This document shows, piece by piece, positions 12,991-26,336 of a stretch of DNA of 64,000 nt. Under the pieces are notes generated by a model. The model made no database searches, was not told the DNA's origin, and was given only the letters and a program-made list of their open reading frames with translations. Source of the DNA: Marsupella aquatica (Eukaryota > Plantae > Marchantiophyta); assembly GCA_973895155.1 (NCBI GenBank), contig OZ316894.1:24984709-25048708 (forward strand). The letters are read 5' to 3'. A program made the translations under genes and the position numbers. Each line of letters opens with the position of its first letter. The first letter of the stretch is position 1.

Positions 12991-15109
12991 GGCTGTATCG
13001 TTTCCACTCTTGGCCAAGAATGTTTCAGCAACGGAGAAAGTAAAAATCTTCAACTCCTGGCTGGAATCCTAAGTGCAAATTCTTTCTCTTGTGGCATGGA
13101 TTGGATGGATGACTTAGCACGCCACTAGCAGGCGTGCCACGCCTCGCACATTGGATTATATATATAATATATGACAGCCTCGTCAGCTAGGATGACTGTG
13201 TTCAGCACGAAGATTGGAGGGACCACGTTGTGTCCGAAGCCCTAGGTTTGTGCCTGAATTGACTGTGTCCAGCTTCAGCTTTACTGACCAAGGAAATATA
13301 CATATATACTTGTCCGAATTGGGGCCCATGAAAAGGCTGAAATCTGACAGCGTGAGGTTACTGGGGCTCTCTGCGGATGGGCCGAAAATTATGGCTCTAT
13401 GTACTAGCGGCGGATGTTACCTGTTAACCCATCGGTGACAAGAGGATGTTGATCGATCCAAGGCAGGCGTGCGTAGACAGAATGGGGAAAGGTTACGGTA
13501 AACGGCTTGGGATATGGTGCCTCATGAAAACCTGCACTGTTTTGTTTTTTTTGCGTTGAAACAAATGATGCTTTCCTATCATTAAAAGCCTTACTTTGTT
13601 TTGATCCAGACGACCATCTAAGTGCATTGAACAGTCTGGATTGGGACAGAACACTTGGCATACCGTTAAAGGAGAATTATATACCAGATTGTCACAAACC
13701 CGTAAGGAAGATCTCCTGGAATGCAAATCGATTGATCGCCTTACAATCATGTAAAACCAAATCTTCAGAAAAGGAGTGCATGTTATGTGGGGCAGGGGGA
13801 CAGCCTGGGGAGTACCATCAACCTGGGTATCGCCGACACACTTGGCATTGATCTGGACAAGGTATGCTGCCGTGGAAATTTAGAAGGTTCGAGAGGACTT
13901 GCATGCCTCCCATCCTTCCACATCAGCAGCCAAGTGCTTTGATAAAGTGGTCGACGTTTCTTTTTGTTGTGATATAAAGTGAGGACGCTGCTCGATCTTT
14001 AAGTTTCGCTGCTGTTCTAGCTGTTTTTGCTTTGATAACACCAGTTTTCTCGATATCATTCTCGATTAGAATTGCCTGAGGGCCTTTTGCCTGCTGTAGA
14101 TCGGTGACGCATAAAATTTATTCATTCTTTCTCAGTCTGCTCGATGGGAGAGGACAAAAGAAGAAATAGATAGGTTTCTTTGGGGTAGGTGGAGGTGGGG
14201 CCATGGAGACGATGCCGTTACGGCATTGCAACTTTGCAAGCAACAATGCACTCCTCAGCCTCAGCCTGCTGCAGGATATAACTGTAGCTTGTCCAGCGTG
14301 ACGACATCGCACTTTCCAAGACAAAAGAAATATAGGTAGGGTTGCCCCGATATGCTGATAGGAAGTTCGACACACTGTTGTCGTAGAATCACACGCAATC
14401 GACAACCAGTACCGATAGACTGGTACGGAAGATATCTTTGTCATCAGTTGGGGAAGAATCCACAAACTGTACTGGCACGCCATCTGAAATGATAATCATC
14501 GTATTCCGAGGAAATCGCACAGATTTCAATCTCGTTGGCCCTTTCGTGCAGAACAACCATAAAAAGTTGTGAGAGATTTTCTGGACTACATGACTGCAAA
14601 CTTAAAGTGTTCGAAACTCGAGCATTGAAAGCGGTGTATTCGTCTTCTCGATGAGCTCAATTTGTGATCTGCTTGAAAGAATCCGCAAAATTTTCAATAG
14701 CAGCCATGTGAAATCAACGTTGTCGCAATTAGAGAAAATCGCTCAGATTTCAATTCGTTGGCCTTTCGTGGAGATTGACCTTAAAAGGTACAAGAGATCT
14801 TACACACTGCAAGACTGGAAACTTAAAGTATTTGAATTTGAAAGGCGATGTAATCATTTCTCCCATAGAGCAGACGTTAAGATGAGCACATCGATAGGCA
14901 GCCTTTCTTGTTGAAATCGGGAGATTTGGGGTGATTGAATCGGGTTGGTTGCCAGCCATCATCTAGAAGGCACTCGCAAGAGCACGGCATTATTCCGCTT
15001 TCTCTGTGCCCCTTTCTTTGTGATGTTCTGTCACGGTAGTACGACGGCTGCGGGCGGCCGGGGCCAAAGCAAAAGAAAGCCATAGAAATGCCTGGATCAC
15101 TTGTGTGCT

Positions 15110-15570
15110 CCAGAATCGTTTTGCAGATCAATGACAGGCAAATACAGTAAGATTTTAAACGTCTGCGGATAACCATACTTTGTTCAGGATTCTGACAGAT
15201 GCTCGTCGTTCTGTGCTATTGAAGAAGAGGTCATCTCCATCTCTGTGTGGTCCAGAACCTTATCGCAGTAAACATGACAGGCAAATACTCAGATTTTAAA
15301 ACATCTGTGTGGTCAGCAAATTCAAATTGATCGGAAAGGATTCTGTCGGATGCTCGCCGTTTCCCGGCCTCTGGCTTGCTACTCAAGAGAAGCGTCAGAA
15401 ACCAATGAAAACCATGGACATGCCTCGATCTTCCGTGTGCTCCATAATCGTTTCGCAGATCAATGACAGGCAAATACAGTAAGATTTTAAACATCTCTGG
15501 TCAGCAGAATCAAGTTGCTGAGAAAGGATTCTGTAACATGCTCGTCGTTCGCGCTCTTGACGAAGAGGTC
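15110..15570. repeat. Degenerate triplicated ~150-190-bp unit
   Basis: atgacaggcaaatac...agattttaaac.tct and ggattctg...atgctcg.cgtt recur at ~15131, ~15273 and ~15463. Confidence 0.75.
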
Positions 15571-15756
15571 AGCATATACACCAGAATCACAGTCTATGTG
15601 AAGATTGCTGTCAGACACACTGCAAGGCTTCTCAATTCTGCTGTGGGCAAAGGTTGGTGCTCCAGTTTTTCTGCAAATATGTACAGTGTACCTTAGTTCT
15701 CAGTCTGCAAAGCACAGGAGTTGTACTTTCAGTTCTACTCCCACAGAACCAGAGAT

Positions 15757-16000
15757 CAAATCTATGTATACGTGTTTAAGATCTTGGGAACAATTTAATA
15801 TGGTTTCTCAAATCCAATTCTCATGGTCAATCGTACTATGTAGTAGCAACCAAAAGCTACTATCCAGGGAGAACTCAACCAGAGAACAAATCTATGCATA
15901 CGTGTTTAATATCTTGGGAACAATTTAATATGATTTCTCAAATCCAATTCTCATGGTCAATCTTACTATGTAGTAAGCAATCAAAAGGTACTATCCAGGG
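15757..16000. repeat. Near-perfect ~130-bp tandem duplication
   Basis: caaatctatg(t/c)atacgtgtttaa.atcttgggaacaatttaatatg.tttctcaaatccaattctcatggtcaatc.tactatgtagta...ctatccaggg occurs twice. Confidence 0.85.
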
Positions 16001-18156
16001 CCTAGTAAGGCTGAGAGTAAACTCTGTAGACCTTGAGTATGGAGGTAAGTGAAATTTGGGATGTGGGTACTAAAGGGAAATTAGGAGCACGATGAATCTC
16101 TGAAATGGGTGCAGTGGACTTGAATGTACTCCATTCAATTTATGTTCAAATATCTCACAGTGCCCAAGGGCCAAAAACACGGAAAAGGGAGACATGATCC
16201 CAATGGCAAAGCAACCCAATGAAGGGAAGGAAAAGAGGGGAAAGGGCCCCAATAATAGGACCAGGGTAAATCTTTGAAGTGGGGGATGCCAGTAGAACAG
16301 GGAGATCAGGAGCAGGATGAATTTCTGAAAATGGTGCAGTGAACTTAATTGTATTCCCCTCTATTTATGCTCAAAGAATGGATGCTGAAGCTAATCCATA
16401 TTATAATTGGAGATTGAAGTCTACACTTCATGACCTATCCCCTACTAGGTACAAAGAGTTTCTCTTCTAAAAAAAAACTTTGATACAATTTTAGACTATG
16501 TTTGTGGATAGAGACAGACATGGGAGTCTGGGTACAAGGAACCCTTCATGTGCATAGGCACTAGCATTTGGGCTAGTAATCTTTAAGATATGATGATCAA
16601 TAATCTTTGGCCATAGCACTTGGGAGTCGATCTTCTCATAATTACCATTTTCTCTTAGAAAAATAGTTTGTGGCCAAAAGTTATGAGACATAACTCATGA
16701 ATTATGGACTCTGAACTCTAGGACTTAAATTTCCTAACATGTACAGTTAAGGGAGACACCCATCCCATTATGAGATACTAGCCCGATGCTATGTGTTGCA
16801 CAAAAGACGTTGAGACAAAGGAAAGATGTCAAGGTGAGAAAAGATGGATCATGCTTCGTAGGACTCTCAGGCTTGTATTTATGTAGGGCCCTTGCCTCCC
16901 CTCAGTAGTCATTCTTATATCGATATATTGGAAACTTACACATTGATCTTGCTCATCATTCCACTCGTCTGCTCCCATCGGTCTCGTGCATCATTTTGCT
17001 TGCCTGATCCCATTGGTCTTACATCTCTGAGTATAATCTGATTTATTAGAATGGGGCAAACACAGCAATATGGCCACTCCACAGCCAAAACTTGTGGCTT
17101 TTCTGTAGTTCAGCACTGGCATGTTTGCTATCCACAACTCCAATGTCATTAAGGATACATCCCACTCAAGAAAGAAGGGTGCTGAACCTGCATGTCATGA
17201 AACCACTTTAGAGCCACCAATTGCTATGGTAATCCATAGGACTGAATATGAACTCTTGTATCCCTCATCACAATTGGATATCTTAGGTAGTGGATACACT
17301 TGTATACAATTGAATCAGCATATAGTTTTTTTAAGATAACTAACAATATGAGTATCCCAAGAAAGAAAATAAAGTAGCTTTCAATGTTCCTGCTAAAAAA
17401 GATTCCCTTGTTGAGAAGAATAATTATTAAGGATGAGCCCTGCGCCCATGCATTACACGCGCAAGGAGGGCCAGCCCATAGAGAGTCGGGCTGGGTATTT
17501 ATGGGCCAGCGGGAAGCACATATGTGCTAGGGGTGAACATTTCCTTCATCTATGGTCAGAGAAAACAGTCAATCCAATCCAATGGTTGTGAATCTTTCCT
17601 GTGTATGAGCTTTTTTTAATTGGGATGCAAGACTAAAAAAGTGGGATACCTTATTATAGTTGTAGATTGACACAAGTTTTCCTAACCACCTAAAGCAAGA
17701 ATTAATTAATGTTGGTGTTTCTGGTGACTTGGTACCTGTGCCCTCTCCTCACTCCTTATGGCCTTACAAATTGTTAGCCCCACTGTCTAAGTACATTTTC
17801 ACATGTCCTTTTCTAATAGTCAACTTTCTGGCTTCTATGCATTGGGGATCCCTTTCAAAAAAGTGGTGGGCCTAAATGTACTTCACATGCAATGACTTTA
17901 GGTGTTGACACGCAAGTCAGTAAAAAAACATAAACTTAGGAAATTGCGCTAGGAGGGGCTGGCAATGTACTCAACCCTTTCTTTCTCACTCATGGAATAG
18001 ATAAGCATCTCTCTCAACTATGGAATTTCATTGATATATTTTTAATTTGATTATAAGAAAAACATGCTATATTAAAAATGGATAGTGAAGCCCTGATGGA
18101 CCTCCTTGTTGGACACATTGCTCCTGTGGGCCACATTTTGGTGGTCCACGGGAGTT

Positions 18157-18500
18157 TGTTAGATATTGCTCTAGTCTTGTGACTCATGAGCTAACTACAG
18201 TTAGTCTAACTTGGGTTAGAACTTAACTAATGTTAACGGTAGTGTTGTTGTGCTTATAGCTAGGGCTGAAGCCAGACCCTGGTGGAACTTAGGTTCATTG
18301 TTACGGAGCTAGTTGAGAGATAGGGAGAGCTTGTGCTGTGGATGCTTGGTATGGTCGGTCGGCCTAGAGTGCAGTAAAGCTCTTGTGTGTTCCCGTGGAC
18401 GTAGCCTCATGTGGAGGTGAATCACGTATCTCTCTGTGTCGACTATTGTGCGTTGGATGGTTCATGGGTTTGCCGTTACGAATATCGTCTATGCTCAACA
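18157..18500 (+). mobile_element. Solo LTR, probably Ty1/copia type, 344 bp
   Basis: TGTT...AACA termini flanked by a perfect 5-bp target-site duplication gagtt (18152-18156 and 18501-18505). Internal cccgtggacgtagcc...gaatcacgta resembles a motif common in plant copia LTRs. Confidence 0.8.
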
Positions 18501-19025
18501 GAGTTTTGGACTTTATAATTTGATGATTGTGAGTCTTAAGATAATTTTTAGTTTTTCATCTTAAAGAGAACTAGAGAAGGAGGAGACATGAAAAAACCCA
18601 AGCCCTAATACATTTTATATTAACAAAATAAAAATTTATCTAATAGAATTTACCCCTCAGCATTCCAGGATGAACAAATCACAACTCAACCCAAATGGCT
18701 AAAATTTCACTGTCACTTTGATAGAAGTGTAGCTTACCTACTCCTCCAGCACATACTCCAAAATAGAAAATATTTGAATTTATGAACATCAAGTTATTAC
18801 AATTAAACTCGAATTTTGGGAAATGTGGTCCATGGAGGTTTTCAAAGGCCAACATTGTGGTCCATGGGAGCATCATTTCCATTAAAAATGGGGAAGATTG
18901 AAAAATAAATATGGAGGTGAAGATAAGCTCTCAAACAGGAAAATTAAGAAACAATAAAAAGCGGGGCCCACAAACATTCAAAATCCAACTGATAGGTAGT
19001 GCAAGAGATGCACCTTCTAAGCTAC

Positions 19026-19315
19026 TGGCTTAGATCAGTTGGCCAAGGGGTTTAACTTAGAACCAAGAGGTCCCAAGTTCAATCCCCCTCCACACACAAG
19101 GGTGTGGAGGTAATGGGTGTGTGGGTGGGAATATTAGTTACTCTTCAGCCCCTGGCTGCCCACTTTGGAGCCCTAATGTAACCCTCTCTCCCTCCTGGTC
19201 TGGGTCCCTGGGTATCATCCCCCCCTTGTGGGTGGGCTACACTACACTCACATGCTCTGAAGCAGAATGTCTATCCTCTGTTGGATGGGCTTTAGACTTT
19301 CAAGGCAACAAAGTA
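19026..19315 (+). mobile_element. tRNA-derived SINE-like element
   Basis: 5' head has an A-box-like tagatcagttgg and a B-box-like gttcaatcc at tRNA spacing, but no clean cloverleaf. Body motifs taatgtaa.cctctctccctcctgg and tttcaaggcaa recur in reverse orientation at 25430-25745. Confidence 0.6.
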
Positions 19316-20787
19316 TTTTGTCAAGCACAAAGTAATAGTCCAGTGAGTTTTGGCTTAACAAGACAACCAATTGGACATGGAGAGAAAGAGAGCACTGTAA
19401 TATTATTTCCCATTGACTTGAGTCAAGAATAGTAGCTTCTTGGGTCATTATACCAATTGCAACTATACCCACCTCGGGAAACCTGGGCAACCCCAAGTAA
19501 TCAAGAGCAAGTCACTTGTTTAAAACATTGTATTCAATAAGAAAAATCATCTCTTTTCAAGTCTGGGTATGTGCAACTCTGGGTGCAACTGTGGGTGTCA
19601 GATTACTTGGGGCAGCACATTTCTTTAGAGACAGACAAAACCTGGATCAAGCGGCTCCCATTGAGGATAAATTTAATTTGATGGCAAAAACTAATGAGGT
19701 GGCATGACTTTTTCTCAAAAAAAAATCCATTTCCGAACATCTCTAACATGTACCATAAAAGCACAACAGCTTCTATAGGAACAAAGCCTGACAAATGACC
19801 AATTTAAGAGAGAGGGCCAAACAACGTACAAATGGAGTACAAGGGAAATAGGTCAAGAGAGGACAACCACCGAACTCAAAAGAAGAGGGCAATTCCAAAC
19901 CCCAAAAATCCTAGAAAAATGACAAAATAAGAAATAAGATCTACTATTTCAATAGTGTGATGAGCTAATAGTAAACAACTAGTGCAATCATGTGATGATC
20001 TAACCAAGTCCCCAAGTGGGAAAGCTGTACTGTAAGGGGGCAAGCATCTTGCACATTAAAATTAGTATTCTAAGTAGGAAGGAAAAGTTGTACTATAAGA
20101 GGACAAGCCTCTTGGGACATTAATATTAATGTTGTAAGTAGGAAACGATAGGAACAACAGAAATCCATAACCTTCAGCCATTACAAGGGCCTCCAGTATG
20201 ACATGGCATAAAGAGGATCCAATATGTCAAGGCGGAATGAAAATCTGAAGATTTAGGTCTATGATGTTGAGGAATTATTGTAGAAGCAATATGTGGTGGC
20301 ATGCTTGGCTATGCTACTTGAGCTAACCTACCATGAGAGTTTGACAAATGCTGCTGATTGGCTCCCCCAGAGCTCCTACCTCCTCTTTCAAATTGAAAAC
20401 AAGTAAACATGGTTTCCCACTCATTCTTAGTCAAGAACTGACAAGAATCTGCTGACAATTCGTAAATTCTCTTCCTATGCATTTTGAGTGTGCGCAATCG
20501 TTTATGTCCTGGCCAGCATGCCATCAACCTTTCCACTGGGACCTTAAGGTTGAACTATATCCCGATAAAAAAACTCGTCAAGATCGCCCCAAGAAAGCAT
20601 TCGTCGCTCCACAGACTTATATAAGAATATGTACCTACAAAGTATAAAGTTAGAATTGTATCCACCAAACTTGCCTGACTAGAAACTAATCACACTGAAT
20701 TAGTATACCAGCTCTACGCTGCTTCAGGGAATCAGCCTATCATGGTCAAATCATGAGGGTTTATATGAAATCAACTTTCTCACCTTT

Positions 20788-23700
20788 CTAGGATTCTTGC
20801 TCAACCGGTTTACGCTCCTTTTTCTGCGAAGACATGCAGATTAGAGCATTCAGATCACAGAACCTACCCAGAAGTGGCAGGTTGACACTGATGACCTTGG
20901 GAATCTTGTATAAAAAAATGCCACAGATTCTTTACCCTCAACTTGACCCCCATGTTGGATTAAAGCCAACACCTGTCCGGGGTGAAGATACATCCAGGAG
21001 AAATAGACCTTGACCAGAGCAATTGTACTTTGTTTGGTCTGTACTAGAGAGTTGGAGGTTAAGGAGGCTCAAAAATAAGAAAAGATAAGAAATATTACCA
21101 AACGCCGATGATCGTCCATAATTTCGTCCATGAGTTCTTGCATCGACTTATCAGAATTCAGTGGAACATGGGCAGCAAACACAGTGGGATCCAGACCTGG
21201 GCTCAATCAAGAGAGTAACAGGTTACAAACGAGGCTCCGGTACAAAAGCACATCTTCAAATCCATCAAATGAAAGTATTTGAATCAAGACAGGAGATAAA
21301 ACACTGAAGGAATCACAGTAGCTTAAGACTACAGTTAGTGACCAAAGGATAGGGCAGGCCGTTGTATACATCTGCATCTGTTAGTAGGATGAAGGTTGAT
21401 AGGGATTGGAAAAGTCCTTTCCGTGGTATGGCTCTCGTTATTCTCTCTCAAATTTTAAGGCAACTGCAGTCGTCATACAGCAATTGTCGTAACTTTCCGA
21501 TGGATTACCTTACTACCTTCACGGACACAGCGCCCAACGGCAATTATATAGCTAAATTAAAGATAGAGATTGAGCCGTGTACTGCATCATACGTCCCAGA
21601 CACAACACTGGAGTGACGACCAGTCATTGACTCGATAGATTACACCAACAATCTTTTGCTTGTAATGGGAACTATAGGAAGAGTGTTCCATGAACCGAGT
21701 ATCTGTTTTCGAATGAATGCGATCCACCAAACTCGACATTATCTATTACTGACATGCTTAAGTCCAGGAGAGTTCGATGGAACAACAATATGTGGAAATT
21801 TTGGTGTGATTGCAACGAAAGAGCTGTTTAATTCCCAATCACTTCTTTGTCTCCAGAAGGAATCAGAAGGAGGATCTATACCTTGGACTCCGGTCCATTG
21901 GACAAATATGTTACAAGAACATTAGGATGGCTGGCAGGGATTTCCATAAAGAGGTCTTCAGAAATGTGAGGCAAACGAAGAATAGCGGGCTAGTGAATAA
22001 AATGGGAGCTTCATGACTTACATAGAAAACCTGCAACAGGCCTTGAGACTAAAATTATAAGACCGCGCTTATTGAAAACATTCAAAAGCAGTCATTAGAT
22101 AAAGAACACAACAATACAGCTAATTTCAATTGAAAACTCCATAAATTCACCTGCGTCAGGGAAAATCTGAATCATCATCATGATCTCTTCGCCTGTTAAT
22201 CCAGAGAGAAAAGAAATTCGAGGGAGTCCTTTGGCAACCTGTTCAAATTAGCGAGCAATGAAATGAATTCATACGTAAACCTGACAAACTCCAGAACGAA
22301 AACCCCAGGGACAACCGAGAGCATCAAAGTGACCAGAGAACATCAAAAGTGACCACACAGATCTCACACAATTACCTTCCTGCAGTTGATCGGTACAGAC
22401 AGTTGCTTTAGTATATTGTTACGGCAAGAGAAATTACCATTCGTACATTACTGTTATCCTTATTGTTCATTAATACATACCCTGTCGAGGGTCATAATCC
22501 ACCAAAAGCTACAAGTAAATGTCATGCAGTAAAGGCAAGGTGCTTTGCCTATGCCAACTAGAGTAGGGATACAGGGGTGAGAGAATCTGTCATCTTCTGT
22601 ACATAATCCTCTCTGTATTTCTATTTCTCAATGGTGGTGCAGAACGAATACCTGAACCTCCGTGAGATTTGGCTGTACTGCCTCAAAGGCTTTTCCTAAA
22701 GTTCCTTTCGCCATTTCTTCAGTGCAAAGCAACACCTACAAGAGGTCATTATAAAGCAAATGGGTACGAAATCTATTTTTGGAAATATCACAAAACGAAG
22801 CTTCTTTAGATTGCAGCACGAGTTTCCTTGAACAACGTAGACAATTGATCGATACAGCCAAATTGAGGTCATCTACCAAAGCCTTGACAATCCTGGAAAG
22901 CCTGCTAGGAGTATTGGCGACAGATATTTGAATATTTCTTAATAATCTTGGAATCGTACGTCGCAAGTTTTTCATGTTTACAATTCCCGTGTTAGCAGGA
23001 GCTACTTTCAGTATGCATTGCACTCTGAAATTTGCCATGTTATAACAAATTAGATCCTTCATGATGGAATGCTATTGTACAGATTTCATAGAGAAGGGAA
23101 GTCATCCAGCTAAGTCTCAGATGAAAGGATTGCTACTTCTTTGAGTCAGTTTCACATTACCAACGGTAAAATGTTCACCGTAGCTCCCTCTCAGACAATA
23201 TTCAAGCCACGAAGCCTGGTTGACATAATACCTCCATGAAATCACCTTCCATATCCTTTAGCAAGCTTTGAACCTGCAAGAATACATAACCAGAAGGTTG
23301 TTGTCACGATAATAAATACACGTTTACTTGTGAAAGCCCAGGACCTTAAAGGCATGTGACAGATTACCAGCACATCCATCAACAGTATAAAGCAAACTCC
23401 TTTGATGCTGTACAAAAAGCCTCCTGCATTGATTCTCAGATGTAGAAAATAAATGAACGCCTCAAATAGTCCTAAACCATAAACACAAATCAAAGCCCAC
23501 CTTGAGAGCTTCCTCGTTGGTGAAACCCAGCAGTAAAATTGCCTGCAGAAAACGAAAATCTGTCTACGTGAGTATCACAGATTGGTCTAGTCAAAATGTT
23601 AATTTCATTTCCTGAGCATGTACATTGATCCTTGCAGGCAAAGATAATGATCTAATGAGTTATCTTACCGACTAAGACAAAGTAGGATCCAAGCCTCTAC

Positions 23701-24705
23701 ACTTCACATAAAATTTAAACCGTGATCCGAAGCGCCGTTACTTTCCATGGGACAACTCATTCTCAATGCACTACCAGCACACTACCAGAGCCAACAACTT
23801 ACTTACTGGTGGGCCAAACCGAGGATCCTCGGAATTTATGGGAACGAATTTGGAGTCCTCTAAAATTTCGCTAGGAATCTCTGTCATCAGAACAGCTGGT
23901 TAAGTTCAACACCCTTCTATAACGTGCAAAACCCGAACCATGAACTGAAAGTCTAGGAGCAAGAACTACATCAGAACTTGAATCCAGCAGATTATTTGTT
24001 TGTCATTCCCTACCCGTCGTGATCATTTCCTTCATTGTGAAAGATTGTTGAATATGAGTTCGATCACATCTGCTCTTGTCTATCCTTTTCATTTGTCCTG
24101 GAGTTTCCTCGACAACTACTCATCGTTTTATTCAAACTTGTAGCTGGTAGCGTCGTCAACAAACTCGAAACTGTGACCAAATTTAATTGTAACAACCAGT
24201 AATGATTTTAAACTTGTTGATGATTACTTGCTTGACGGTTTCGAATGCATCACAGGTAAGAACCCCAAATATTAGAACTTGTATAACCCATTTCGGCCTC
24301 AAAAGTGGATTCCGGATAATGGTACGCAAAGTTCAAAGCATTTTGGGAGGTCAAGGACGAAGGGAGCGCGCATCTGAGATTGAACGCCAAATTCTTTCTA
24401 AAGCTTTCCGGTACGCAACGCTATCCTCCGAAAATCAACACCTACCTTCTCTGGAAGAAAACACTCTCGAACGGCGGCGACTTCCACAGCTGTTCCGTCT
24501 CTCCACGGAATTTCGAGAAGTAACAGACGTGCACAGCTCACATGTCACTGAGACGAACGTAGCATCTCGTTTGAGCTTGGCATCGGAATTCCCACGAAAG
24601 ATTGGCGTTCCGATTCCCCATGCTGATGGAGCCAATTTAGTTCCGCTCGAAGCCCAGAATGGCGCGCCAGCCTTCAGCTCGAGCACCGCACCAACACCCA
24701 TCTTC

Positions 24706-24710
<5 letters not shown>
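20788..24710 (-). CDS. DUF3783-family protein with putative plastid transit peptide, 8 exons
   Basis: Phase-consistent GT-AG exons 24446-24710, 23807-23880, 23501-23542, 23232-23273, 22652-22735, 22151-22238, 21099-21196 and 20788-20823. They give EDSKFVPINSEDPRFGPP-AILLLGF...PRISFLSGLTGEEIMMMI...PTVFAAHVPLNSDKSMQELMDEIMDDH, typical of plant DUF3783 proteins. The N-terminus is Ser/Arg-rich. Confidence 0.88.

Positions 24711-24742
<32 letters not shown>
24711..24742. repeat. (CT)16/(GA)16 microsatellite abutting the DUF3783 start codon
   Basis: Seen directly in the sequence. Confidence 0.95.
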
Positions 24743-24745
<3 letters not shown>

Positions 24746-25429
24746 AGCTCGCAATATACGAGCAAGCTATGTCGAGGTGTTACTTTGGGTGCTGTGCTTC
24801 TCAGGGGCATCCACTAACCAGAGGTGAGAGGTGGCCTCCGGGAATTTACCGTAGTTGCTTTTACATGCCGTTGTCGCTGAACATGCCACATGGACCCTAA
24901 GCTTGTCCATTTCCTTTTTCAGCTTATAATTGCAACCGAAACATTTTTGGTGAATTGGTAGAAAAAAATAACTTAGTACATATGAAGTGTTAGTTAAAGG
25001 TAGAGCCAATAATGACAAATACTTGGTTCGGATTCTTTGTCCTTATTGGATGTATGGAGACTAAATTTCAGATCTATGATGCTATGTCAACCTTACAGCT
25101 TCTTGTGTGTAGTCCAAGACCACAATTGAAGGCCCCATATTGAGCAAAGATCCTAGACATTCAACCCATACATTTTGCACAAAACACTTTCTACTAGAGC
25201 AATCAATTATTTCACAGGTTACGTTTCCACTAAAGATAAAGATGTTTCAATTGACAGTAATACCACATTTAATTTTATATTTACAAATGTGATTCTGTAT
25301 GTGTACTATAAGTTCACCAATGAAACCAGGGTAACCATATAGGACAACTATGGCATTTTTGTAAATGGAATAAAATTAATGACAATATTATAAATAGAAA
25401 CAAATTCAGTGACAATTGTAGTTAAAAGT

Positions 25430-25745
25430 TGTTTTCTTTTTGCCTTGAAACCCAAAGCAAACCCATAGACAATTTATTTTGGGGTAGCCCCTCGCTATGG
25501 TAGCAACAAGTTGGTTATACTCAGGGGTCCAGCCCCTCTTTAGGGTAGCTACAAGGGGGTCAGAAGCAGAGGTCCTACACAAACTGTGCCAGGAGGGAGA
25601 GAGGATTACATTAGAGCCGCAATTTCTTTTTGCCTTGAAACCCAAAGCAGATCTGTCCAAGAGAGGATAGGAAATCAATTTGAGAGCAGCCCCTCTCTAA
25701 GGTAGCCACGATAGAGTCATACCCAGGGGTCCACCTCTGGGTTCT
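25430..25745 (-). mobile_element. Rearranged, partly duplicated copy of the SINE-like family at 19026
   Basis: Reverse complement shares taatgtaa.cctctctccctcctgg and tttcaaggcaa.aa with 19175-19312. tttctttttgccttgaaacccaaagca occurs twice (~25433 and ~25623). Confidence 0.55.
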
Positions 25746-26336
25746 AGGCTGATCCTTTGACCAAGTCAATGATGGTTTCATAAAGTAAAAACTGAGAAAA
25801 TTGACTTTTCAGTCAATATAGTTCAAAGTATGGGTTACAATTTTCAACTCAAAACAATGTATAGGGTTTCATCTAGGTGTTGTCCCCTGAAATTAATCTG
25901 AAAATACTGGCTTGTTCCCTCCCATTTCAATTTTGTAAGAGATGGGGAGATTTTGGCAGGATCTATTATTATAGTGGTTGATGATTAGAGTGGAAGGAGG
26001 ATATGTTTTTTAAATCTTCCTTTATCCTACTAACAGATATAGACATGTAGAACGGCCTTCCAAATCCTAGGCGGCTTTGATTTTCTTAGGTGCTCTCCCA
26101 ATATTTCTACCGGGATACAGTTCAACATCAACGTCCCTTGGGGACAGGATGATGCCATGCTCACAAGGACATCCACAACCGCACACTCCAAAATGCATAG
26201 CAAGGGAATTTGGGAGAATTGCCAGAACACTATTATTTAGTTCTTGACATTGGATGAGTGAATACCACGTTTATTTGTTTTCTATTTGAAGAGCCATCAT
26301 TGTTATGAGCCAGGAATACAATTTTGTTCAGCATCT

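Noticed and set aside
13400-14500. Possible minus-strand gene remnant
   Set aside because: No consistent spliced frame or recognisable domain could be built.
19026-19095. Functional tRNA gene
   Set aside because: A and B boxes are present but the acceptor and anticodon stems do not pair, and it continues into a repeated body, so it is treated as SINE-like.
24202-24900. 232-aa plus-strand ORF
   Set aside because: Antisense shadow of DUF3783 exon 1 and the CT microsatellite.
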